Positions 16,642 to 26,366 of a stretch of DNA of 64,000 bases are shown one piece after another; position 1 is the first letter of the stretch, and each line of letters opens with the position of its first letter. The DNA comes from a virus. The position numbers and the translations under genes are program-made. The stretch covers positions 1-64,000 of IMG/VR virus record IMGVR_UViG_3300008259_000017. One strand, written 5' to 3'. The notes beneath the pieces were generated by a model, which worked only from the letters and a program-made list of their open reading frames with translations, searched no databases and was not told the origin of the DNA.

Positions 16642-19600
16642 ATGGGAAAATCTAAATATCCAGAAAAATATGATACATCTATTGAAATACCTGTAATAAG
16701 AGGAAATATAAATGAATTAAGTGTTGATTACATTAATTCATTAAGATCTGCTTTGCTGCAAATTCAGCATACACTTGGTATTATGCCACAGGGTGCTGCA
16801 ATTGGTACTGTTGCAGATAGGCTTTCTAAATCATTAGACTCATCTGGATCTATAAAAAAAGAAGCATTAGATTCTGCTGGTGTTATTTATGGTCCAATAA
16901 CAAATGATAACATTTCCAAAGTTGCAGCAATTGATGAAGCAAAATTAAAACTAGATTTTCCAACCAAGATTCTTCAAACCGAATATTCATTATTGAATTC
17001 AAAGCTAAACGAGGTAATAACGGATTTAGAAGAGGTTATTTCTAAACTTGGATCACACGTATATGTTGACGCTGTAAATAGACATTCTGGAAAATCAATA
17101 AAAATATCTGAGATTTTAGTAACTCCATCTGATTTAGCAATTGCAGAGTTAGCAGTAACAAATGCGCAAGATGCAATTGAGGCTATTTTTTCAAAGCACA
17201 TAAATTATTCTGGTGCAAATATCTCAAGCGAAAATAATTCGCATTTGTCAAAACAAATATTTTTTGATAATACATCTGTTGCTGATGATATTCTAGGATC
17301 AGATTTACAAACAGTTGTAGAAGAGTTAGTTCCAATTTCAAGAAATTCACAGATTAAGCATCAAAATATATTCCATTCAAATGGGTATTTAAGATCTGGA
17401 CTTATATCATTAGCTAAAACCTCTACGAGTATAGCATCTGATATATCAGTTGTATTTTTTAAATCTAATATTAGTGATACAAATAGAAAAACAAAAATTA
17501 CACTAACCTCTCCACAAGAAGTTTTTGATATAAAAGAATATAATTATATTTCATTAAACTTGTCAAGTGGAACATTTTATTATATAATATCTGATATAGA
17601 ATTTGACTCAAGTAACTTGGTTCAGTCAATTTATATATATGGAAGTATTGACGAAGATTCAACTGGATCAAGTGTAATTTCCATATTTAAAAGTGAAAAT
17701 GCACCTACATCAGCGTGGGGCTTGGCCACCACAATAGTAGAATCACCGTCTTTATTATCAGCAAATATTCTAAAGATAGCAGATCCAAATTCACCAGGAG
17801 CCGTTTCTATTGGGTTTAAAACTAATGCTATAACCTCAGCAAATAGATATATTGGTTTAGAAGTATCTGGTAAGCTTTATCAAATAAATTGTTATAATAA
17901 TTTAAAAGACTATCAAACTATTGACTCTGTAATATCAACAATGAATGAATCTCTAACTGAATCTGGAGCCCCAGCTTTGGCATACAAAGTTCCTGGAGTA
18001 GAAACAGATCAATTAGAAATTGCAATAGTTTTAAATATAAAAGAAAAAGATTCATATTTAAAGTTATATAGAATAGATGATGCAATAGATTTAATTGGAT
18101 TTTCAAAATATGAAGATATTGAAATTTATCCAACAACAGGAAATCTTCATGTTATAAATGGTGTCCCTTATGAGGGATCTCTTGAGTTAATGAATTTAAC
18201 TGGATTGCAGCTTGATGCTAGTGCATCAATTTCTGGCGCAAACTTTTTAAATTATAATTTAAAAATAAATGACATACTAAATATAGTTGGAACAGATAGC
18301 GATGATGGAAGCTATATTATAGTAAATATAACTAGCACAAGGCTATATGTGAATTCAGCTCAATTATCAGGCGGCACATGGGCCGGAATATCATCTGCAA
18401 CGTCAAAGTTTATTGTATATAATGATGTGCAGTCATTTGATAATTATAACTTTATAAAGACATCTGGATCTCCAGCAGGATTATTATTTGAGTTAATTTT
18501 AAATGAAAATAATAAATTACACTACAGAACAATAGCAGAATATCAATCTCCTATTTGGTTTGGAACATCATTATTTTCAATAATAGAATGTGAGCAAGAA
18601 GCAGAGGTTGTAGAGAAGACTATAAATTTTGAAATAATAAATTCTGATTTATATTGCTACATAGAATCTTCTAATAAAATAAAAATTACAAATTATAAAA
18701 ATTATCCATTATCTTTATCAAATAACGAATATGATTCATTGCTAAAGCTATATATTTACAATGGAAGTCAAATAATTGGATATATGACATCTCTTGGTGT
18801 AACAAGTCTTTCTATACTTACAACTATTTATGAAAAGAAAAGTTATGAAAATATATTGTCATTGGCAACCGCATCATTTTATTCAACAAATGGAAGGATG
18901 GAGGGCGGTCCAGAAAGAACTCCATATATAAAGAGTGCACTAGATGTTGGATCGATATCTACAGATCAAATATCTCAAAAGGTAAGAAAAGAATTACAAG
19001 AAAGTATTTTTAAAGATACAAGATCAAACGGTATGACTAGGGGTCTTGAATTACTTTCAGTAGACGCAGACATTGTAACTGGTAGTTATATAGTTTCTAT
19101 ATCATCAGGTGTTGCGTATGTAAACGGAAGAAGATTTAAAATAGATTCAATAACTAATTGGTCTACAAATATAGCTCATGCAGACTTTGATAAAATTATT
19201 TTGGCTGTAAATAGCGATGGTCTGATTATAGCAGATGCTGCAAACTCAGCAGACTGTGTATTTTATATAAACCAGGAAGAATATGCTATAATTGGAACCG
19301 CAGAATATAACGGATCTAATATATCTATAATTGATCAAAGATTATTTATAAGTGAGCTAGATCTAAAACTGGTAAATTCTGTTACAGTAAGTCCTCAATA
19401 TGGTCTTGGTCATTTTACAAATATAAATAAAGCACTAAAGTATGCAAAAAGATTTTCTCAGATATTTCCAGATGCTGGCACACCAGAGGTACTATTAAAG
19501 GCAGGATTGCATAAGCTGGTAGTTGACACAGGAGTAGACTATGGACTCTCAACAAACCAAACCTTGATAGACTCAGCAGATAATTATGGCATTTTGATAG

Positions 19601-21054
19601 ATTTTCCTGTAAAAATAATAGGAGAAGGTGATTCTTCTATTGTAGATATAATGACTATTTATAATGATTATCCAGAAAGTGGCGATGATAGATCTACAGA
19701 TGCAATAAATAAAGGTTATATTGTAATTATAGGTAGCGGTGCTTCCACTTATCATTCTCCATTTTCAACAGATAAATTAAATCTTGATTCTGTTGTATTA
19801 AAAGATTTTAAAATAAAAAATTCAACTATATTGTATTTAGATCCAAAACTTTCAGTTGCTGGAGATTCAACTGAGAATTATCAATATCTAAAAATAGAAA
19901 ATATATACTTTGACTGGTCAAATATAGAATATGTAGCCACGTTTTTAACGTCGTATTACTTTACAAATGCAAATGCATTTTTGCTAGGATTATATGATGT
20001 AGCATCTGGATATGTCGGAGGATTTTCAATAAAAGATTGCACGTTTGATAATTGTTTTATTGACCTATCAACCTCCGGAGTTTCATACAAGAATATTACA
20101 GTCTCTGGAAATCAATTTTTCTCCAGAGGACAGTATAGCAATCCTTTGTATCCATCAATATTGATTAAGACTGAGTCGGGATCACTTTTAAATGATGGAC
20201 CTGTTATATTTAATAATAGTGGAAAAATCTTAGGAATAGGAAACTGTATTTTTTATTCTGCAGATGGAACAGAAATATTAAACAACTCAAGTGCATTGTT
20301 ATGGAATGGAAATTTACTATTAGGAGATAGCTCAATATCTTTAGATGGAACTTTATCAGTAACAGATTCTATTCAGGCAAGTAGCTCTGGTTTCGTAGTA
20401 ACAGCTCCTGCAACATTTAACGGAGCTGCCACCTTTTCAAGCGCAATAACGGCTGATGGTATATCAACATTTAACGGCGAAACAATATTTAATGCAGAAG
20501 CAACATTTGATGCTGATGCAATATTTAATTCTGCAGTTGATATAGCAGGCGTTTTAACTGTTACTGGAAACTTATCAGTATCTGGAGCTCTATGCTATAT
20601 AGATACGCTTCTTGCTGTAACACAAAATGCATCATTTCAGCAAGATGCTTTTGTAGTTGGAGATTTGACTGTAACTGGCGCATTATCAGTATCTGGATCA
20701 AAGTCTTTTAAGATAAATCATCCTGATCCTAAAAAAGAAGATATGTATTTAGTTCACTCGGTAGTTGAAACAAATACTGCCGGTGACAACATGTATAGAT
20801 GGTCGCTTGATTTAGAGCAAGGAGATAATTTTATAAAACTTGAAGATTATCATCCTTATTTAAATGGAAATGAAATGATTTGGGTTTCACCAGCTGCAAG
20901 CTTTGGCGTTGGTTATGGAACTATAGATAAAGATAAAAATGAATTAATAATAACTGTTAATAATAAAGGTAAATATAATATATTATTAATGTGCACAAGA
21001 ATAGACCCTGATGCAAAACTATGGAAGGGTGTAGAGATATTAAAAAAGGAATAA
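16642..21054 (+). CDS. Large appendage/tailspike protein (paralog 1) with beta-helix domain
   Basis: N-terminal anchor-type motif SKYP..D...INSLRSAL.QIQ.TLG; GHFTNINKALKYA...LLKAG...IIGEG pectin-lyase-type beta-helix entry; G.LTVTG.LSVSG repeats; C-terminal GSKSFKINHP..LVHS domain common at fibre ends. Confidence 0.7.
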   Translation: MGKSKYPEKYDTSIEIPVIRGNINELSVDYINSLRSALLQIQHTLGIMPQGAAIGTVADRLSKSLDSSGSIKKEALDSAGVIYGPITNDNISKVAAIDEAKLKLDFPTKILQTEYSLLNSKLNEVITDLEEVISKLGSHVYVDAVNRHSGKSIKISEILVTPSDLAIAELAVTNAQDAIEAIFSKHINYSGANISSENNSHLSKQIFFDNTSVADDILGSDLQTVVEELVPISRNSQIKHQNIFHSNGYLRSGLISLAKTSTSIASDISVVFFKSNISDTNRKTKITLTSPQEVFDIKEYNYISLNLSSGTFYYIISDIEFDSSNLVQSIYIYGSIDEDSTGSSVISIFKSENAPTSAWGLATTIVESPSLLSANILKIADPNSPGAVSIGFKTNAITSANRYIGLEVSGKLYQINCYNNLKDYQTIDSVISTMNESLTESGAPALAYKVPGVETDQLEIAIVLNIKEKDSYLKLYRIDDAIDLIGFSKYEDIEIYPTTGNLHVINGVPYEGSLELMNLTGLQLDASASISGANFLNYNLKINDILNIVGTDSDDGSYIIVNITSTRLYVNSAQLSGGTWAGISSATSKFIVYNDVQSFDNYNFIKTSGSPAGLLFELILNENNKLHYRTIAEYQSPIWFGTSLFSIIECEQEAEVVEKTINFEIINSDLYCYIESSNKIKITNYKNYPLSLSNNEYDSLLKLYIYNGSQIIGYMTSLGVTSLSILTTIYEKKSYENILSLATASFYSTNGRMEGGPERTPYIKSALDVGSISTDQISQKVRKELQESIFKDTRSNGMTRGLELLSVDADIVTGSYIVSISSGVAYVNGRRFKIDSITNWSTNIAHADFDKIILAVNSDGLIIADAANSADCVFYINQEEYAIIGTAEYNGSNISIIDQRLFISELDLKLVNSVTVSPQYGLGHFTNINKALKYAKRFSQIFPDAGTPEVLLKAGLHKLVVDTGVDYGLSTNQTLIDSADNYGILIDFPVKIIGEGDSSIVDIMTIYNDYPESGDDRSTDAINKGYIVIIGSGASTYHSPFSTDKLNLDSVVLKDFKIKNSTILYLDPKLSVAGDSTENYQYLKIENIYFDWSNIEYVATFLTSYYFTNANAFLLGLYDVASGYVGGFSIKDCTFDNCFIDLSTSGVSYKNITVSGNQFFSRGQYSNPLYPSILIKTESGSLLNDGPVIFNNSGKILGIGNCIFYSADGTEILNNSSALLWNGNLLLGDSSISLDGTLSVTDSIQASSSGFVVTAPATFNGAATFSSAITADGISTFNGETIFNAEATFDADAIFNSAVDIAGVLTVTGNLSVSGALCYIDTLLAVTQNASFQQDAFVVGDLTVTGALSVSGSKSFKINHPDPKKEDMYLVHSVVETNTAGDNMYRWSLDLEQGDNFIKLEDYHPYLNGNEMIWVSPAASFGVGYGTIDKDKNELIITVNNKGKYNILLMCTRIDPDAKLWKGVEILKKE

Positions 21055-21057
21055 CAA

Positions 21058-24000
21058 ATGTCAAAATCATTATTTCCAGGTAAGATAGACTCATCAAAAG
21101 AGTTGCCAATAGTTAGAAACAATGTAACTGAAATAAATGCAGAAGTAATAAATTCCTTAAGGGATGCAATTATTCAGATTGAAAAAACCCTTGGAATAAA
21201 CCCACAGGGTAGCTCAACTGTATCAGAAAGAATATCTGGGATAATGGACTCCTATGGATCTTTGAAAAAAGATGCATTAGATGAGGCGGGAGTTATTTAT
21301 GGACCAATAACAAATGATAATATATCCAAAGTTGCAGCAATTGATGAGGCAAAACTTAAGTTAGACTTTCCTACAAAAGTTCTTCAAACAGAATATTCAT
21401 TGGTAAAAAAAGAGCTTGACAGCTTTATTGCTACATTAACAGAAGTTTCCGCAAAGTTATCATCACATTTAAATGCAAACTCTTCCTCTAGGCATAATTC
21501 AAGAAATATATATGTTTTGGCAAATACTGCAGCTGAAAGTGAGGTTGCACTACAGTCATTTATAGGCGGCTCTTTGGAAGAGTTTATAAATGACTTTTTT
21601 AATTCACATGTTAATTTCCTAGGAAATACATCTCAGGATAATAGATCTCATAATGCTTCACAAATATATTATGATAACTCAAAGACATCATCAGCAATTA
21701 CGTCTGTAGATGTTCAGGGAGCAATTGATGATTTAGCAAGCAAAGAATCTATTCTTCTTAAGACAAATCTTTTTGCAACAAATTCAAATGGAATTCCAAG
21801 GCACTTTAAGGCAATAGATATTTTAAATAATTTAAATGGAAAGTTAATATTAAATAGCTCAGTAGTCACTTACTCTGCAAATAATACATCATTACAAGTT
21901 TTAACTTTTTCAACTCCACAAGCTTTATTATATGATATAGAAAAATTTGACATAGCAGTATTGTCAAATTCTTTTGACATAAATGATGATAAAGAATATC
22001 TAATTTTAGATTACTCACTAGATGGTAGCGGAAATCTTCAATCAATAACTATTTTGGGTGGAACAAAAAATGATTCAATCGAAACATCTTCTGTAGAAAT
22101 AGTTAAAAATCCATATCAATATACAAACATAAATGCTTACAACACAACTGTAAGACCAAGATATAACAGGACAAATACTCCCGACGTAATTGTGGCTCAT
22201 CCAAATTCTGCTACAATTATATCTAGTGGAATCTGCCCAGAGAAAATAAACTCTGCTGTAAAATTTTTAAATTTGGAAATAGATGGGGCCACTTATTCAA
22301 TTGATATGTATGATGTTCTAAACCCATATCAAACTATTGATACTATAGTATGGTCATTAAATACATATTTTTCTGATAACAGAGTTCCAGCATTTGCTTA
22401 TAAACAAAGAGTTTCCAGCTGTTATGAGATTGCAATATCTCATTTGATCCCAACATGGACTGACTCAAGTTTAAATAGGTATATTAAGGTAAAAGAAAGC
22501 AACACAAATGATGCATCCGCTGTATTAGGTTTTTCAAATTTTATAGATAAGGAAATATACGGAAGCTATGGAAATTCCATTTTAATAAATGGAATAACAA
22601 TTTCTGATCCAGGATTTATTTCCTCTTATACTTCTTCAGATGTTGAGCTTGTAGTTGGAACAAATAATGTTTTATTTAATACAGCAAATCCACTACAACT
22701 TGGAATTAAAATTGGAAACTTATGCCATATAGATAACGTTGGAACATATAGAGTAATAGGTGTTTATAGCGGCTATATAGTGCTAGATGATCAAGATTAT
22801 TTATTTACTGCAAATATTGCAGCTGGTGAAAAGTTATTTATATATAGCGGAACAGTTTCACTGGAGGCATTGGAATTCTCAGAGATAGTGGGCCCAGATG
22901 GATCTATATTATTAGATATATTTATGACAGAGCAGTCAAAACTAGGTTATAGCATAAGGGCAACTATAGAGGGGTCACTTCAGGATTCAGCATTTTATGG
23001 TGCAATAACAGATATTTCGAGAAATTATTCAATAGGCCTATCGGATGTTATTACAATATCAACTGCAGGCATTGCAACTGTAGACAATGGACTTGAAACA
23101 TCATCTGGTGACAAGATATATAACTCTGGAGAATATGCTGTAAGATCTCCGGATGGAGCTTCCTTCTATAAGATAAATGTAACTGGAGGCTTCCCCACAG
23201 TTAATACCTCAGTTACTGTAACTGGAGTTTCAGAGGTGGCATATGGAAACTTTCAACTATCAAGGGTGCTTTATTCGACTTCTCTAGGATTTATTTTAGG
23301 AGACTCAAATATTGGAATACCATCTGTATTAGATAAAAGAGCCACTGGAACAACAAACGAGATAATAATTTCTCCTTCATTAATAGAGAAGTATATAGAA
23401 GGTCCAAGATCAGAATTAAGAGGGGATGGAGTTGTAAGTGGAATGGAGGTAACTCTAGCAGACGTTACTCCAACAGAATGCACAATAAGTATATCAGCAG
23501 GGTTTGTTTATATATCAGGAATAAGATACAAGTTTGATGGAATAGAGGAATTGCCATTTACACATGATGGTCTAAATTTTTATATTGTAGTTGACAAGAA
23601 TGGATGTCTAAGAGTTTCGCAGGAAATACAAGAGCCATCAAGTTCTAATTATGTATCGCCATTTTTTGGACTAAGAGTTGCTTATGTTCTATATGCTGAA
23701 TATGTATTATCAAGTTTTACACTTGTAGATCTGCGAAAGAGCATTGCAGCTATAGATAAAAAAATAAATGAAATAATTGTTGCAGAGGAAGAGTCAGCAG
23801 GGCATTTTACATCTATAAAAAAAGCAGTAGATTATGCAAGGGTTTATAAAAAACTCTATGAAGTAAGTGCAAGACCTTCTATTTTAATAAAAAATGGAAC
23901 ATATATAGTAGATGAACCAATATGGCTGGACTTTGATATATCTATATCTGGAAGCGGTCCAGAAACAATAATAACTAAATCTTCTGATATGTTAGATGTT

Positions 24001-24645
24001 TCAAATACATTTTTATCTGTTTTCTCAGAAGATGATTACCAGCATGCAGCATTTATAATTGGCTCTCCTACAGCAGACTATTATCAATCAGAAGATATTG
24101 TTTATGGAATAACTATATCCAATCTGACATGTTTAACACCTAGTGACATTTCTTCTTTAACTAATAGTTATTTTAACTTTTTCTTTTTAATTTTGCAATA
24201 TAAAAATTATAGCGAATTTGCTTCTTATAAGTTTAATAATATAAACTTTATAGGAAACTCATCAATGATGGGAAGCGACAATAATGATCCTGCAACATTA
24301 AATGGCGAAAGGCAAGATCTTTCAATTGTATTTGCTAATGCACATGGACAGCCATACCCTCCAACATACGGAGCTTTGTTTGTAAGTAATTGTTTCTTTA
24401 GCTATTCTGGAACCGAATGGGCAGCTCTTGGTTGCTTATTTACCTATGCAGGCATTTATGCTATAAGGGACGTAATTATAACTTCAAATATTTTTAAAAA
24501 ATGCTCACCAAATATAGAAAATGTAGCATCAGGAGATTATGAAATTTTTGGAATCTCTGATAACTATACGCTAACAAATCCCTCTGTTTCGATCCCATTC
24601 TTGGAATCTGAAATTATTGTTGCTAACAATGCTACAGCTGATTAA
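21058..24645 (+). CDS. Large appendage/tailspike protein (paralog 2) with beta-helix domain
   Basis: Colinear with paralog 1 for ~950 aa; GHFTSIKKAVDYA...ILIKNGTY...ISGSGPETII beta-helix motif; different C-terminus. Confidence 0.7.
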   Translation: MSKSLFPGKIDSSKELPIVRNNVTEINAEVINSLRDAIIQIEKTLGINPQGSSTVSERISGIMDSYGSLKKDALDEAGVIYGPITNDNISKVAAIDEAKLKLDFPTKVLQTEYSLVKKELDSFIATLTEVSAKLSSHLNANSSSRHNSRNIYVLANTAAESEVALQSFIGGSLEEFINDFFNSHVNFLGNTSQDNRSHNASQIYYDNSKTSSAITSVDVQGAIDDLASKESILLKTNLFATNSNGIPRHFKAIDILNNLNGKLILNSSVVTYSANNTSLQVLTFSTPQALLYDIEKFDIAVLSNSFDINDDKEYLILDYSLDGSGNLQSITILGGTKNDSIETSSVEIVKNPYQYTNINAYNTTVRPRYNRTNTPDVIVAHPNSATIISSGICPEKINSAVKFLNLEIDGATYSIDMYDVLNPYQTIDTIVWSLNTYFSDNRVPAFAYKQRVSSCYEIAISHLIPTWTDSSLNRYIKVKESNTNDASAVLGFSNFIDKEIYGSYGNSILINGITISDPGFISSYTSSDVELVVGTNNVLFNTANPLQLGIKIGNLCHIDNVGTYRVIGVYSGYIVLDDQDYLFTANIAAGEKLFIYSGTVSLEALEFSEIVGPDGSILLDIFMTEQSKLGYSIRATIEGSLQDSAFYGAITDISRNYSIGLSDVITISTAGIATVDNGLETSSGDKIYNSGEYAVRSPDGASFYKINVTGGFPTVNTSVTVTGVSEVAYGNFQLSRVLYSTSLGFILGDSNIGIPSVLDKRATGTTNEIIISPSLIEKYIEGPRSELRGDGVVSGMEVTLADVTPTECTISISAGFVYISGIRYKFDGIEELPFTHDGLNFYIVVDKNGCLRVSQEIQEPSSSNYVSPFFGLRVAYVLYAEYVLSSFTLVDLRKSIAAIDKKINEIIVAEEESAGHFTSIKKAVDYARVYKKLYEVSARPSILIKNGTYIVDEPIWLDFDISISGSGPETIITKSSDMLDVSNTFLSVFSEDDYQHAAFIIGSPTADYYQSEDIVYGITISNLTCLTPSDISSLTNSYFNFFFLILQYKNYSEFASYKFNNINFIGNSSMMGSDNNDPATLNGERQDLSIVFANAHGQPYPPTYGALFVSNCFFSYSGTEWAALGCLFTYAGIYAIRDVIITSNIFKKCSPNIENVASGDYEIFGISDNYTLTNPSVSIPFLESEIIVANNATAD

Positions 24646-24665
24646 ACTAGGGTTGGCGGTAGAAA

Positions 24666-25151
24666 ATGGAAAAAGAATATTCAGCTATAGACATAATTTA
24701 TAATCTTTATGAAAAATTTGAATCTTTTGAAAAAAGATTGCAAGCAATAGACGACAATATTAAAATACTTAACAATAAAGTTACCAAGATAAACAAGGTT
24801 GGAAATCAGCTTGTTGAGCATAAGCCAACTGCAATGCCTGCAAACCCTGTTGTGCAGGAGGACTTGGTGCAAGATATTAAGGTTGGAACACCAGAAAAGT
24901 TGGTACTTGGATCTGTAAAAGTTTTTGGATATATAGTAAACAGAATGAAGGAGCCAGTTCAGGATGTTGTTATAAATATATATGATAATGAAAATAAGTT
25001 GATTAAATCTGCAAAATCTAATGGCGATGGATATTGGGACTTTAGACTTCCCTCTGGAAGCTATTCAATGCAATATATTCATTCTAAATTTAAACCAATA
25101 AATAGAACTATAAAAATTCCAGAAAATGTAAAAGAATTTGAGGTAAGGTAA
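24666..25151 (+). CDS. Coiled coil plus carboxypeptidase-regulatory-like (prealbumin-fold) domain protein
   Basis: VFGYIVN..EPVQDVVINIYD...SNGDGYW.F.LPSGSY.M...H..FKP. Confidence 0.7.
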   Translation: MEKEYSAIDIIYNLYEKFESFEKRLQAIDDNIKILNNKVTKINKVGNQLVEHKPTAMPANPVVQEDLVQDIKVGTPEKLVLGSVKVFGYIVNRMKEPVQDVVINIYDNENKLIKSAKSNGDGYWDFRLPSGSYSMQYIHSKFKPINRTIKIPENVKEFEVR

Positions 25152-25504
25152 TGTTTTCAATTTCAATAAAAACTAATGAAACAATAAATGATATATTATC
25201 TTCAACAGTTAATACAATTAATAGCTATATAAAAACTAAATTGTCAAAAAAGACATCACTAATTAGTGATGAAAAAATTGTAAATATAACCTCTGGAAAT
25301 ATACTTTCTAATAGAGATCCAGAAAAAGTTGTTGCAGAAATAAATTTTAAATATGAATTCTTAATAGATAAAGATAAGCTTGAAGATAAAGAAGAATTAG
25401 ATAAGTTTATTTTTTACATAAAAAAATGTATATCTAATCTTTCTGATATAGAAAAGGAGATGTATATTCCTTTGCATATGAGAGGTAAAGCTGATGATAG
25501 ATGA
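25151..25504 (+). CDS. Hypothetical protein
   Basis: TAATG coupling to the upstream gene; fills the operon. Confidence 0.65.
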   Translation: MFSISIKTNETINDILSSTVNTINSYIKTKLSKKTSLISDEKIVNITSGNILSNRDPEKVVAEINFKYEFLIDKDKLEDKEELDKFIFYIKKCISNLSDIEKEMYIPLHMRGKADDR

Positions 25505-26303
25505 GATTAATTTGCCAGGACTTGGAACGAATGCTGACCACATCGTTTACTCAAGTTATTTTAATGATAATCATATAATTCAGCAAACTGCAATAGTCCA
25601 TCCAAAGTTTTTACTTATAGATGGACTTAGAAAAGTTTTCAGATCAGATTCTATCTATACATATAGAGATGATCAATATGGTTATCCATTGACTCCAGAC
25701 TTGACAGGCCTGACAATTGATTCTCCATTAACAACAAAAATTTTAATATCAGATTCCTATAGATATGAAACAAAATTTTATCCCGCTATAATAATAAAAG
25801 CATCAGGCGGATCTTACAAGCCAAACTCATTTAACCAAGACATGACCCTTAAATACAGGCATGATGTGATAACAAATGAGTTTGGTGGAAGAAGAAATGT
25901 TTCTACTCCAACCCACAGAGTTTACTCTGGAAGGTGGGAGTTGGGATTTGACATACAGATATATTCAGAAAGTTTATCAGAATTAAATGAACTTGTTGAT
26001 ATAACTTCTCTTATTTTACAATTTACTTTGTTTAATGAACTCAGATCTTCAGGACTTGTTATAACCAGATTAAATATTGGATCTGAAAATGCAGAGGCAT
26101 ATGCTAATGATTATGTATATAATACTAGTATAACACTGAATACACTCTCTGAGTGGAGAGCTGAAATACCTATAGATAATTTAGTTGAAAAAATAGTTTT
26201 GAAAATTGAACCAACTTTTCACAGAGTGCCTGGAACGACTGCTTTATCACCTGAACTTACTAGTAAGTATAAAGATATATTAGAAATTACACAGATAACA
26301 TAA
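25494..26303 (+). CDS. Putative tail terminator/completion protein
   Basis: Directly before the sheath; YPAIIIK...FDIQIYSES..ELNELVD pattern of the terminator fold. Confidence 0.65.
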   Translation: MIDEINLPGLGTNADHIVYSSYFNDNHIIQQTAIVHPKFLLIDGLRKVFRSDSIYTYRDDQYGYPLTPDLTGLTIDSPLTTKILISDSYRYETKFYPAIIIKASGGSYKPNSFNQDMTLKYRHDVITNEFGGRRNVSTPTHRVYSGRWELGFDIQIYSESLSELNELVDITSLILQFTLFNELRSSGLVITRLNIGSENAEAYANDYVYNTSITLNTLSEWRAEIPIDNLVEKIVLKIEPTFHRVPGTTALSPELTSKYKDILEITQIT

Positions 26304-26322
26304 CTATGTTTTTAATTACAAC

Positions 26323-26330
26323 TACTAATA
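26323..26330 (+). promoter_or_regulatory. Putative late promoter motif TACTAATA
   Basis: Intergenic, upstream of the sheath RBS. Confidence 0.55.
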
Positions 26331-26366
26331 ATAATAAAATTATTGTAAAGCATATCGGAGGATTTG

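Noticed and set aside
16876-21402. Shared block between the appendage paralogs as a recombination or shufflon site
   Set aside because: Direct orientation, many synonymous mismatches and no recombinase nearby; fits protein-level conservation
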